Shown here one piece after another: positions 40,200-53,190 of a stretch of DNA of 64,000 nt (its first letter is position 1; each line of letters starts with the position of its first letter). Where the stretch lies: contig NC_042997.1 in the NCBI RefSeq assembly GCF_006345805.1, positions 25,482,001 through 25,546,000 on the forward strand. Direction: 5' to 3'. The position numbers were made by a program, and so were the translations under genes. Under the pieces are notes generated by a model. That model saw only the letters and a program-made list of their open reading frames with translations, searched no databases and was not told the origin of the DNA. Source of the stretch: Octopus sinensis (Eukaryota).

Positions 40200-40878
40200 T
40201 GTGGAGGATGACACTTTTTTCCACTTTGATTCCACAAAATTGGCTAACAACCCAATGCAATCAAAAGAGTCATGCTAGGATTTGGTAATTTCTAGTTTTA
40301 TGGTAGATTGCTGCACTCAGGAGGTGGTTAATATTTCGTCCATTTTCCTCACATTTGGCCTCTGACAGAATTTTATCAACGATTGAGTTCCAGAAATTCT
40401 TCCTAATAACTTGTCCAAAAGCACCCATATCATCAATTCTGTTTTCTTGTTTCACTGCCTCAGTTTTCAATTCAAAGTTCATGGTCTGCTTCACAAATCA
40501 CCGTGTAATGCCATCGCTTTTCAGTTATTATTGTCATTAATCTTTTAACTCAGATTTTGTCGGGACTTCTGAAGCTTTGTAAGATTAGCGGTCTTGTTAC
40601 TTGCAGCTTAAGGTAGGATGCTATTTGTTCTCTTCAACTATCTTATGTTTTCCTAATGATTCTGAGTGGCAAAGGGAGCAGAAGTTTGCAACAGCTCTAC
40701 AGGACATTCTATTTGTCAATTGCAATTTCTCCGACGAACTTCTTGAACTTGGTTCTTAGCGCTCTTATGGGCACTACAATTACTGGGATGACAGTTACAA
40801 TTTTCAATGCCAATTCTGGCATTTTCGTTTGTTAGCAACTTCTATTATTTCAACTTTTCCAGCTCTTCCTCACCTACG
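40200..40878 (-). mobile_element. Old R4/Dong-like LINE remnants (endonuclease end at 40640-40878; zinc-knuckle region at 40200-40500)
   Basis: EELEKLK..K and IPVIV-like motifs; GQVIRKNF...VDK...KCEENGRNINHLLSA. Confidence 0.55.
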
Positions 40879-40966
40879 CGTCTATAACTTTTTTCATTGC
40901 ACAGACCATGGCATAAGTACCAGGTGAGCAATGGGGTCGATGTATCTGTCTAAGCTATTCTCACAT
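40879..40966 (+). mobile_element. 3' part of a locus-specific SINE C variant
   Basis: cgtctataacttttttcattgcacagaccat.gcataagtaccaggtgagcaatggggtcga is shared with 44759-44820. Confidence 0.85.
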
Positions 40967-40985
40967 TATTATTATTATTACTATT

Positions 40986-43793
40986 ATTCAGTAGTTTTAT
41001 TTTTATAGCGTGCTTTCACTTCACTACCGAGCGCAGCTCTGTGTGCCTTGGGTATGTGCTGTAGTTTGTTGTGATGCTCTGATGGTTATTGTATGGAAAG
41101 TGTTCTGCGTAGGATGTGTGCAGTGCCTAGTAGTGCAATTTTCTGTATGTTATATGTGTTTGTAAGTCCTGGTGTTTTTGTTATGTATTTGTCTGAATAT
41201 TTTTTTATCATGCCTAATGCCCCTACTATGATAGGAATTGTTTCTGTTTTCAGGTTCCACATTCTAGTTACCTCTATTTCCAGGTCTTTGTATTTTGAGA
41301 GTTTCTCCATTTCTTTTAGAGAGACACGTTGTCATCTCTGCCGGTATTGATACATCAATTAGAAAGCATTTTTTTTCTTCATGATCTCTGACAACTATAT
41401 CTGGTCTGTTGGCCTTAATTTCTCTATCTGTGTGTATCGGCATATCCCAGAGTATGGTTGCTTTCTCGTTTTCTGTGACCTTTTCTGGTGTGTGCCTATA
41501 CCATCTTTTTTCTGTTGTTATTCCATAATGTTGGCATAGCTTCCAATGTATGTAGGTCCCGACTCTGTCGTGTCTGTGAATATCTTCCTTCTTAGCCAGG
41601 ATTGGGCAGTCAGAGATAATATGATATATTGTTTCTTGTCCATCTCCACATATTCGGCAGTTACTTGTAATATTTCTTTTCATTACATGTTTTTGGTAAT
41701 TTCTGGTGGGGAGGCTTTGGTCTTGTGCTGCAATTAAAAATCCCTCGTCTCTGCTTTGAGTCCTGAGCTTCTCAACCATTGCTGGGATTTTTCTTTGTCT
41801 ATTTCTTTTGCGTTTAGTTAGTGCAGTATTTACATGAAGGGGCTTTTCTGCCATCGTTTATCATGGCTCGTAGCTGTTCTATTTTTAGTTTGGATTTCAT
41901 TTGTTTTATAGCTTTTGTTGTTTCTCATCATCTTCTTCTTCTTCTTGTGTTTATTAGGTGGTATTATTTCTTGTTTGTATTTGTCAGCTTCCTAAATACT
42001 GAGAACAGTTTTTTGTTGCTCGTGTTTTGCTGCTATCTGGATCAGTTTTCCTTCCTTCTTAAGTAGGTATTTTTGCAGTCCTATGGTGGTTATTTATAGT
42101 AGTTTTCCAGCTGTATAAGGCCTCTACCACCTTCTATACGTTGTATATATAGTCTTTCTATGTCAGATTTTGGGTGATGCATCCTAGATCCTGTCAATAT
42201 TTTCTTGTTTTCCTATCTATTTTGGACAGTTCATTTCGTGTCCAGTTAAGGATATTTTAGCTGTAACTTATAACTGGGACAGCTAAAGTGTTGATACCTA
42301 TTATCTTGTTTTTAGCATTGAGCTCTGTTTTTAGTATTGATCTAACTCGTCTATAATATTCTTTTTTTATTTTCTCTTTCATTTGTGTGTGTTGTGTCTT
42401 ATCTAGTTCAAGGATTCCAAAGTATTTGTAAGTTTGGCTTTGGTCTAATTCTTTTATTTCATTGGTTTTATCTAGTGTGATGTTGTTACTCTTAACTAGT
42501 CCTCTTTTCATGGTTACTTTGGTGCATTTTTCTAATCCAAATTTCATGTCTAGTTCTTTGGTAAATCCATGAACTGTCTTTAATAGTGTTTCCAGCTGTT
42601 TGTCATTTGCAGCGTATAGTTTTAGGTCATCCATATATAAAAGGTGGCTGATCGTTTTGCCGTAACATTTATATCCGCATCCAGTTCTATTTAGCATATC
42701 AAATAGAGGTGACAGTGCCCAGCAGAAAAGGAGTGGAGAGAGCGTGTCTCCCTGGAATATGCCTCTTCTAATGGGGATGTCTTTGGTTTTCATGAGTCCC
42801 TCTTTTGTTTGGAGGTGTAGGACTGTTTGCCATTTGTTCATAGAGTGCTCTATGAATTTTATGATTGTTGGTGCTACTTTGTTAATGGCTAGTGTTTCGA
42901 GGATCCATGTGTGGGGGATGCTATCAAACGCCTTTTTGTAGTCAATCCAGGCCATACTGAGGCCTTCTTCTTTCTGTGGCTGTCTTCAGTTACGGCTTTA
43001 TTAATCATTAGTTGATCTTTACAGCCATATGAGCCCTTGCGGCATCCTTTCTGCTCTCTGGGAACAGTTTGTTTTCGTCCAGGTGCTTGTTCAGCCTTTG
43101 CGATATCACTGCAGTAAATGCTTGAAGATAGTAGGGAGGCAGGTTATTGGTCTGTAGTTTCTGGTTTTGCTGTCTCCTTTGATTTGGGAATTAAGATGGT
43201 TTTCCCCTTCGTGAGCCATTCAGCATTGTCTCTGGCTCTGCTAGTATGCTGTTAAAGTTTTCAGCCAGCGTTTTGTGCATTCCTGTTAGATATTTCAACC
43301 AGAAGTTGGGGATCTTGTCATGCCCAGGTGCCTTCGAGTTGCTTAGTTTTTGCAGTGCCTGGGTGACCTCTTCAGTTGTTATGGGGGTCCAAAGTTGTTC
43401 AGATGCCGAGTTTGTTATTTTCATACTCCTTTTTTTGGCTGTTCGTTCGCCGACCATATTTCTCTCCAGAATTCTTCCAATTCTTCTGCCGTTGGTGCTG
43501 CAGTGACTTCTATTTTATTTTTGCCCAGTTCTTGGTAGAACTTTTTGGGGTCGGAGTTGAACTTTTTGTTCTGTTCAAAGAGCGTTGGCGTTTCTCGTAC
43601 CGGCGGATCCTTTGAGCTTTGGCAAGGATATCTTGCTTCAGCTTTTCTTTTATCTCCGGCAAATCTTTTTCTGTGATGTTATATTTGCGGAGCATTTTTG
43701 TTCTCTTTTTGTTGCTTAGTAGCGTTGCTTGTTTTCTGATTTCATTAAGATTTTGTTGCTTAGTAGCGTTGCTTGTTTTCTGATTTCATTAAG

Positions 43794-43794
<1 letters not shown>
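40986..43794 (-). mobile_element. R4/Dong-clade non-LTR retrotransposon, ~2.8 kb, 5'-truncated and frameshifted, between (TAA)n tracts
   Basis: KAPGHDKI; AWIDYKKAFDSIPH; GIFQGDTLSPLLF; SHLLYMDDLKLYA; CRICG..QETIYHIISDC; HRHDRV; RPDIVV...IDVSIP; 3' UTR at 40986-41085. Confidence 0.96.
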
Positions 43795-43833
<39 letters not shown>

Positions 43834-43861
43834 GTATCATTATTATTATCATTATTATTAT

Positions 43862-44087
43862 TGAGTGAGAGAGCAGTGCATGCCATCAAAGTGACACTCG
43901 GGTAAAATATACGAAGCCCAGTATACCCATCATGACTACCCGTCTGATAAGGGTACACTAGACACATGCATCGCAACCATATGTGCACGACATGGTGATC
44001 TCATATCAAGATAAATAGCACATGGATTTGCAGGTGGGGTCCAGTTAGAATTTTCTTTTGGTCGAGTAACCCATCCCGCTCAAAAGG

Positions 44088-44095
<8 letters not shown>
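43862..44095 (-). mobile_element. Interspersed repeat (probable 3' part of a SINE or LINE) ending in (AAT)n on its own strand
   Basis: Complex sequence embedded between AAT tracts and ending ...gcactgctctctcactcaataataat; only one copy here, so family is inferred. Confidence 0.5.
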
Positions 44096-44150
<55 letters not shown>

Positions 44151-44243
44151 TAATAATAATAATAATAATAGTAATAATAATAATAATATATAATAATAAT
44201 AATAAAATAAAATAATAATAATGATAATTATTATTATTATTAT

Positions 44244-44424
44244 TATGTGAGAGTAGCTTAGACGGATACATCGACCCCATTGCTCACCTGGTACGTATGC
44301 TATGGTCTGTGCAATGAAAAATTATAGACGAAGTCGGCGAAATTGAACTCAGAACGTAAAAAGTCGCAAGAAATTACACTGCGCATCTGTCTAAGGCACT
44401 AAAGATTCTGCCAGCTCGCCGCCC

Positions 44425-44425
<1 letters not shown>
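44244..44425 (-). mobile_element. SINE C variant, left arm of an inverted pair
   Basis: Reverse complement of 44659-44848, sharing private substitutions. Confidence 0.9.
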
Positions 44426-44502
<77 letters not shown>

Positions 44503-44530
44503 TAATAATTATATATAATAATTATATATA

Positions 44531-44581
<51 letters not shown>

Positions 44582-44582
44582 C

Positions 44583-44658
<76 letters not shown>

Positions 44659-44661
<3 letters not shown>

Positions 44662-44848
44662 GGCGGCGAGAGCTGGCAGAATCTTTAGCGCCTTAGACAG
44701 AATGCGCAGTGTAATTTCTTGCGACTTGTTACGTTCTGAGTTCAAATTTCGCCGACTTCGTCTATAACTTTTTTCATTGCACAGACCATAGCATAAGTAC
44801 CAGGTGAGCAATGGGGTCGACGTTGTCCGACTAAGCTATTCTCACATA
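44659..44848 (+). mobile_element. SINE C variant, right arm of an inverted pair
   Basis: aaggcggcgagagctggcagaatctttagc...ttctgagttcaaatttcgccgac. Confidence 0.9.
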
Positions 44849-45757
44849 ATTGCGTACCTCGTTTCAAAATTTGAAATACGCTAGTTGCTTTAATTCTATA
44901 TCGGACAAAATGCTAGCCTGCATATTTTCCGTTTCTTTACGTTCTGAGTTTCAAATGTACTTCTTAGGGGTCGATAAAATAAAGTGCCAATGAAGTACTG
45001 AAATTAATGAAAGTTAGTATGCATCCGTTTAAATCGCTGGTTTCTTACCAAAAGTTCAGTCCCTAATAGGAGCAATATTATTAATTATATGATTTTTATA
45101 TTCTTTTTATATTCTATGAACTAATAACGATTTACAAACAGCTTGTCTCAAGTGTTTATTGATATTGGAAACGATTTTTCTGTTTGTAAATATAGCAAAC
45201 AACATCATCACCACAAACAGTATCGTGAATAACGTCATCATCATCGTCATCATTATCATAAGTGACGGCACTACCACTACCATCACCATCGCCCTGAAGA
45301 CTCTTGAAGTTTTCAGTTTTCTATATTGTTCCTCTTTGCTAAACTGCGTGCCACCAACGATGTATACTATTTCATTCAACATGTTTTGCTCTCTCTCTCG
45401 TACTCGCCTTTTCACACAAACACATACATGCCTATTCTTACATATATACATAAATACATACATGTGTGTTTGTGTACGTGCATGTGTGCGTGTGTGGGAT
45501 GGTGGTGTAAGTATGTATATTGTTTTATTTATTTCTGCAGGTCTGCAAAATAGATCAAACTGCCAGTGCCGACTTCAAACTGACGAGACAGAGTTTAGTG
45601 GAAAGCAAAACGTTAGGCGTGTAGATAACTTTAAGTCTCCATCACGTCACAGTTGTCTGCTGTGTTTTATTTATGTTCTGTCGGGACGATCACCTCCATT
45701 ACATCTGCAATGAGCCGTAGTTGTCATGCTTGCTTCTAACATTTTTCTTTCCTCTAG

Positions 45758-45900
45758 TTATTATTATTATTTATTATTATTATATTATTATTATTATTAT
45801 TATTATTACTATTATTATTATTACTATTCTTCTTCTTCTTCTTCTTCTTCTTCTTCTTCTTCTTCTTCTTCTTTTTCTTCTTCTTCTTCTCCTTCTCCTT

Positions 45901-45931
<31 letters not shown>

Positions 45932-46005
45932 TTATTATTATTATTATTATCATTTTTATTATTAATATTCTTCTTCTTCTTATTATTATTATTATTATTA
46001 ATATT

Positions 46006-46065
<60 letters not shown>

Positions 46066-46095
46066 GTTATTATTATTATTTGTTGTTGTTGTTGT
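45758..46095. repeat. Compound (ATT)n/(CTT)n/(GTT)n microsatellite
   Basis: Direct reading. Confidence 0.97.
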
Positions 46096-46559
46096 TTTCG
46101 TTATAATAGTTGTTGTTATGAGTATGATGAAAGCTAACGTTTGGCAGACGCTTTTTTGAGTGCTACTCGAAATATTTTGCGGCTTTAAGTGACGTCCCTT
46201 CCTTATATTCGGATGTCGAATTTTATTCAGATCAAAACTATCTTTCGTGATTTTAGAATCGAAAAGTTAAGGTACCACTTAGGTAGTGGGGTGAATGAGG
46301 ATTTAATCGGCTGTATTCCGCCCTTAAGTTTCTCTGACATTTCCTTTGTTAGATAATAGCTAAAGTTCGACTATATTATGCACTACATATGGACGTACGT
46401 CGTTCCATACTTCAGAATGCATCCATCGAAAAGTGATCTATTATGTACATATGATATATATTAATTACGTATACAAATACCTGTACGCATATATTTATAT
46501 ATCTTAACTTATATTAACCATAAAACAATTGACTGATAATTATTTGAAAATTTTGTACA

Positions 46560-46595
46560 TGATTTGGTAGATGGAAACTGAAAAAAGCCCGCAGT

Positions 46596-46641
<46 letters not shown>

Positions 46642-46698
46642 GTCTGCCAGTCTGTCTGCCTGCCTGTCTGCCTGCCTGTCTGCCTGCCTGTCTGTCTA

Positions 46699-46745
<47 letters not shown>

Positions 46746-46945
46746 CTTTGTGTGTTTGTGTTTGTCACCCACCATCGCTTGACAACTGATGTTGGTGTGT
46801 TTACGTCCCAGTTAGCTAGCGGTTCAGCAAAACGACCGCTAGAATAAATACTAGGCTTACAAAGAATAAGTCCTTGGGTTGATCTCTTTGACTAAAGGCG
46901 ATGCTCCAGCATAGCCGCAGTGAAAGGACTCAAAGAAATAAAATA
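46560..46945 (+). mobile_element. SINE family D, 5'-truncated, linker expanded into TCTA/TCTG/TC/TA repeats
   Basis: gatttggtagatggaaactgaaaaaagcccg...[microsatellite]...gtttgtcacccaccatcgcttgacaac...gctccagcatagccgcag. Confidence 0.88.
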
Positions 46946-47237
46946 ATAAAATAATATACACACATATGCGCCTGTGTGTGTGTTTGTGTGCATATACATA
47001 TATATACCTTGATATATATGTATATACACTTATAAAAGTATATACATGTATTTTAATATATAGATTTATAGAATCGTATGGCTATCATACGAAGCTCCTA
47101 TAGTGAACTCAGTTAACTGATCACTTCGTTATCAAACATAGATGAGTTCCATGCAGCCGAAAACCAAAAGATCCAATCGATGAGATTATTTCATGAGGAG
47201 AATGTAAACGATATATATGAGAAATATATATGAGAAA

Positions 47238-47420
47238 GATGGTGAGATGTCAGAAACGTTAGCACGCCGGGCGAAATGCATAGCTGTGTTTCGTTTGTCT
47301 TTATGTTCTGAGTTGCCTGTCAGCCTATCGGGATCGATAAATTAAATATCAGTTGCGTACTGGAGTCGATCTAGTCGACTGTCCCCCTCGTCAAAAATTT
47401 CGGGCCTTGAGTAGAAAAGG
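47238..47420 (+). mobile_element. SINE family C, tail type 2, internally deleted
   Basis: cagaaacgttagcacgccgggcgaaatgc...tcgataaattaaa...aaaatttcgggccttg. Confidence 0.8.
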
Positions 47421-47707
47421 ATATATATGAGAAACCATGATGAATGCCAGTTCTCTAGGTGCATTTTCCCCATTCTGGTTGGCTGCATTCTCTGCTGTGG
47501 ATGTTCCAATGCATTTGGATGCTGAACCACAACAATTCATAAGAGGAACATATTATAACATTATTTCACACAGATCATATGATCATTTGCATTTGTTTTG
47601 CATATCATAACCGATAACACTACTTAGTACCGTACAACAGCAACCAGACAAATGCACCGGATATATACACTAGACGTGTGTTGCGTTTCTTGGTGTTTAT
47701 AATATCA

Positions 47708-47759
<52 letters not shown>

Positions 47760-47770
47760 TATATATATAT

Positions 47771-47853
<83 letters not shown>

Positions 47854-47910
47854 ATTATATATATATATATATATAAATATATATATATATATGTATATAT
47901 AAATATATAT

Positions 47911-47959
<49 letters not shown>

Positions 47960-48256
47960 CATATAATACTTTGCATTTTTTCCATTAATAGTAATGTATA
48001 TGACTTGAGGTGTTTGCCTTCCTGCCTTCTTTAACGTTCGTTGTCCTCTTTGACAATTATATATCCTTTATATCGTAAGTCTGCAATGGCTCCATAACTA
48101 CCGTTTCGGTTATAACCTTGGAACCCTAGTAATCTGTTACAGCACTTACCTAACGCACCTAATAGATTAGATCACCTGTGAACTAAACCCCATATTTTGT
48201 ATCTATATATCTATATCTATCAATATATCTATCTCTCTATCTCTCTATCTCTCTCT

Positions 48257-48288
<32 letters not shown>

Positions 48289-48293
48289 CTATC

Positions 48294-49202
48294 TACGCGG
48301 ACGACGTCACCGTCATAGTGTCTAGCCACGAGCACATCGAGCTGGTCGGCGAGACACTGAAAAACTACGAAGCGGTGACAGGAGCGAAAATCAACCGGGA
48401 AAAGTCAGTGGGCTTGCGACTAGGCACCTGGAGAAGCAAGCCCATGCCGTCCACCAGCGCCTCCGTCGTGGGACGCTGGACCGACGGCCCGGTTGAGTTG
48501 CTCGGGGTCTGGTTTGGTCCGGACCTCCAAGTGGAGAAGAACTGGAACGAGATAACGAGTAGGGTGGTCACTTCTCGCCCGGCAAATGGGCGAGAGGAAA
48601 CTGTCCCTAAAAGGTCGAGCGGAGGTGGCGAACCGTACATCGCGTCCGTCATCTACTACCGCCTGACCGTCGTACCTTGTCCCGACCCTACCATCACCAA
48701 ACTACAACGCATCCTCTTTCGCTTCTTGTGGAAAGGATGCGTCCCGATGGTCAGGCGATCCATTTGCTGTCAACACCCGTTAAAAGGAGGGCTGGGCATG
48801 CCGTGGTTGATGATGCGCAGACACGCGCTAAGACTGCGACATCTCTGGCTCTATGTAGACGACGGTGAACAGGTGTGGTCGCCGTTTGTGAGGCACGCTT
48901 TCCCGCAGCTCGTCTCCATGACCGAACTGCAGTCGTGGATCAAAAAGAGGCCGAGGAAGGGCGAATGGCACCGCGAGTGTCGCGTTGCTCTCAAGCAACT
49001 CTGCCGTCCTGGGTCGACCTTAAGTGACTTCAACACAACCAAAGCATTCTATAGGGGTTTTAGTGGAGGGGAGGTACGACGACGAGCTCGGGGCGAACCT
49101 GGACGTCGACGAGGAGTACGGACCCGCCTGTTCGGGACGACTTTCGGGCCAGGTCCCATGGACAACTTCCAGAGATCCCGGCCTGGCAGTGCTACCGAGA
49201 AG
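48294..49202 (+). mobile_element. Tx1/L1-clade LINE RT fragment, running into the gap
   Basis: YADDVTVIV...YEAVTGAKINREKSVGL.LG.W; LGVWFG; FRFLWKG; KGGLGMP; GC- and CpG-rich relative to the flanks. Confidence 0.93.
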
Positions 49203-49302
49203 NNNNNNNNNNNNNNNNNNNNNNNNNNNNNNNNNNNNNNNNNNNNNNNNNNNNNNNNNNNNNNNNNNNNNNNNNNNNNNNNNNNNNNNNNNNNNNNNNN
49301 NN
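49203..49302. other. Assembly gap (100 N)
   Basis: Direct reading. Confidence 1.
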
Positions 49303-49983
49303 TATTTATAACCTATATGGTTGTTCCTTCCCTCGCTGCCACTTGATTTGATAGTTATTTAAAATAACGATCTTATCCTTATATATATATATATACATAT
49401 ATATATAGTCGTTTTTTCGTGATCTCTGTACATATTTTGCCTATCGAAAGCTGTCTGGGGGAATAGCACAAATTTAGAATGCGGGCATGCAATGTATATG
49501 TTCTATTGACCCATGTCCTCATATCTATGATCCGAAAGGTATCGGAGAACCTATAAGCCATGTCTTTTCTGTCATTTCCGGCAAAATCAGATCATAAACT
49601 GCTGATCGAATATCGCAACGGATTAGTTCTTGCTTCCGACTTTGCTGCAGGCTTTGCAAGGACATGCATGGCCTGCAATCAACCTGAGAATACTAACTGG
49701 AATTAAATTAATAGCACCTTGTTCTTGTTCGGAAGCAAAATTTTTCGACTGTATTTTTAATTCAGCATTCAGAATTGTATCTCAGTGGCTCTATCTGTGA
49801 ATTGCATTAAACATATTGGTATTAGTTGAATATTGTTAAATCGTATGCTTATCCACTAGCTCCACATTTTATAATTCCACTGGATATTCAAAGGTTGAAA
49901 GCGACCGGAGAGTATATCACATACACACACACACACACATATACATATATGTATATATGTATATATATGTATACATATATATC

Positions 49984-50049
<66 letters not shown>

Positions 50050-50139
50050 TCATATGTATTTATGAATATAATATTTATATATTTATATGTATGTGTATAT
50101 ATATATGTATATATACATACCTACATATTTAATTATCTG

Positions 50140-50170
<31 letters not shown>

Positions 50171-50173
50171 GTG

Positions 50174-50204
<31 letters not shown>

Positions 50205-51226
50205 ACATATATATATATATACATACACATACACAGATATACAATCACACATGCACACAGATGTGTGATATATTACATATATGCATACACACACACAACA
50301 TATGTACAAAAACACGGACATAGATATACATGTCTGTACGTGCATGTACGTCAGTTCACCCACACTCCACACTATAGAAATATATCCATTGAATTTAACG
50401 CTTCAATTTTTAACCACTCGTTAAATGTCAGCGTATAACAACCTCAATGCAACATTTATAATATGAATGAATTCGCTTAGAGATAAAATGACTGACTAAC
50501 ACGAAAGTTCAGAAGAAAATACTTAAAAATAAAATAAAAAACCATTGACCCTTTAAAATCTCGTTCCTGTTTTCTGAAACTATCTTTGCATCAAAAGTGA
50601 AACGACCTCGTCCATATATAATCAATAAAAATTTCATAGATAAAACAATATAATTTAATTGAATGAGATGGGTAACTGACATATCGGAATTCCAGTTGAA
50701 ATATTGAAATTCGAATTATATTTCCTTATAAAACAGCTTTACTTCATATTCAGATTCATTGCTGATGTATTTATATATAAGTTTTAATGATTATATTGAT
50801 GACACTGTAAGTTGTTTAAACTATTAGAAGTGCTATATGATTTGAAATATCAATGAGTCTGTGAGATTTTGCTTCGGATTCATACGCTCGCACACGTGTG
50901 TGTGTGTTTGTGTTTCTTACCCACCGGTTTTGGTGTACTTGTCTCCGTTATTTGGTGGTTCTTACATTTTTACCAAGATTAGAAATATAAATAGTGGGCG
51001 TCGATTCCTTCAATTACAAATTTTTGAAAGCGGTCTCCCTGTATGGCGTCAGTCTAATGACTGAAGCAAAAAAAAAATAGAATTAAAGATAAAAGATATA
51101 TATACGCAAGCACACACATATATTTGTGTGTTGGTATGTACGTGTGTGTATGTATATAACTAAGAATAAGTGAATGTCTGCCAAATGCACCAATTAATAT
51201 GGAGTAATTGCAAAAAGTTACCAAGA

Positions 51227-51660
51227 TATAGGCGTAGGAGTGGCTGTGTGGTAAGTAGCTTGCTAATGAACCACCTGTTTACGGATTCAGTCCCACTGCA
51301 TGGCACATTGGGCAAGTGTCTTCTACTATAGCCTCGGGCCGACCAAAGCCTTGTGAGTGGATTTGGTAGACGGGAACTGAAAGAAGTCCATCGTATATAT
51401 GGATATATATATATATATTTATGCATGTGTGTGTATATGTTTGTGTGTCTGTGTTTGTCCCCACTAACATCGGTTGACAACTGATGCTGGTGTGTTTACG
51501 TCCACGTAACTTAGCGGTTCGGCAAAAGTGACCGATAGAATAAGTATTAAGCTTACAAAGAATAAGTCCTGGGGTCGATATTTGCTTGACCAAAGGCGGT
51601 GCTCCAGCATGGCCACAGTCACATGACTGAAACAAAAATAAAAGAGTAAAAGAGTAAAAG
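51227..51660 (+). mobile_element. SINE family D, full length
   Basis: ataggcgtaggagtggctgtgtggtaag...ttgggcaagtgtcttctactatagcctcgggccgacc...aaaagagtaaaagagtaaaag. Confidence 0.94.
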
Positions 51661-51920
51661 AATAAGTTCTTTCACTGATCATTCACCTTGCAAGCTCCTA
51701 CTGAGACACTCATTTGATCAAAATATATATATACCAGCTGTTGACATCAGAAATAGATGTCATATAGCTCGACTAGGAACGAAAACGGAAGGATAGGTAA
51801 CAGTGAGTCAACAAGAAATTATAACTCTATACTTCACTATATGGCATTTGGAACAGTCGTGCCGATTACCCAATTAGCATTTCAACACCTCTTCAGTGGT
51901 GTTCTCAGAATAATATACAC

Positions 51921-52342
51921 TTTTACTCTTTTACTCTTTTACTTGTTTTAGTCATTTGACTGCGGTCCTGCTGGAGCACCGCCTTTAATCGAGCAAATCG
52001 ACCCCGGGACTTATTCTTTTTTGTAAGCCCAGTACTTATTCTATCGTTCTCTTTTGCCGAACCGCTAAGTGACGGGGACGTAAACACACCAGCATCGACT
52101 GTCAAGCAATGCTAGGGGGACAAACACAGACACACAAACATACACACACACACATACATATATATACATATACATATATACGACAGGCTTCTTTCAGTTT
52201 CCGTCTACCAAATCCACTCACAAGGCATTGGTCGGCCCGGGGCTATAGCAGAAGACACTTGCCCAAGATGCCACGCAGTTGGACTGAACCCGGAACCATG
52301 TGGCTGGTTAACAAGCTACTTACCATACAGCCACTCCTGCGC
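51921..52342 (-). mobile_element. SINE family D, full length, inverted relative to 51227-51660
   Basis: Reverse-complement family D match. Confidence 0.94.
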
Positions 52343-53084
52343 AATATGAGGGCAATAATTGTTTCTAACTTAGGGTGGAGGACGTAGTTTCTTCTTTGCA
52401 TGATTTATTGGGTGCAAAATTCGCGGGAATATTCACATATGTAACACATAAGCCATCAATTCTAGATTTAGCAATTACGGATGGAGAAGCCCACGTACGA
52501 TGGGGTGCTGAGAGGTTCCAGTCTTTAAAGGTATCACGAAAGGTCCGGCTGGAGACACAACCTTCTGAGTTCTTTTACAGCGGCTAGGAAACTGAAGGAC
52601 CGCTGCAGTAAGTGTGTGAATCTGAGAGGAAGATACGTTGAATAAAATCTTAATTAACTGATCCTCCTGTATTTTCTTTTACACAACGCCCGGAACTTTT
52701 CAGCATTCCTTGTATGTTTCGAGATTTAATTTACTGATAAAGAATCTCTGCCGTTGTTATCAACTAAAATAATCTATGAAAGCAGTAACACAATGCCTAC
52801 TATGAACCCAGACAAGCGCGCGTGAATTATATTAATATTAAGATCGTGAATATTTGGTTGTTCATTCAAATGACCCACAATGAATAAGCATCTGAGTGGC
52901 AGACGCATGTACACATCTAACGAAATCCCCAGGAAAATTACTGTTTCAGAACTCGTGACATCTGTGTGTGGGTCTATTGTCCTCTTTCCGGTACAATCTA
53001 ACGGATAGTTCTCCATAGAGTTTAGGTTTACCTAGTTGTACACAAAAACTGCGTGATTAATATATTTATATATAACATATATAT

Positions 53085-53116
<32 letters not shown>

Positions 53117-53190
53117 ATATATATATATATATATAAAATATATATATATATATATATATTTAAAAAATGAGATGTGGAACACGAATTGTG

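Noticed and set aside
45580-45615. CTGACGA...GAAA spacing suggestive of a hammerhead
   Set aside because: No stem II closing pair (G opposite G) and no convincing stems I and III
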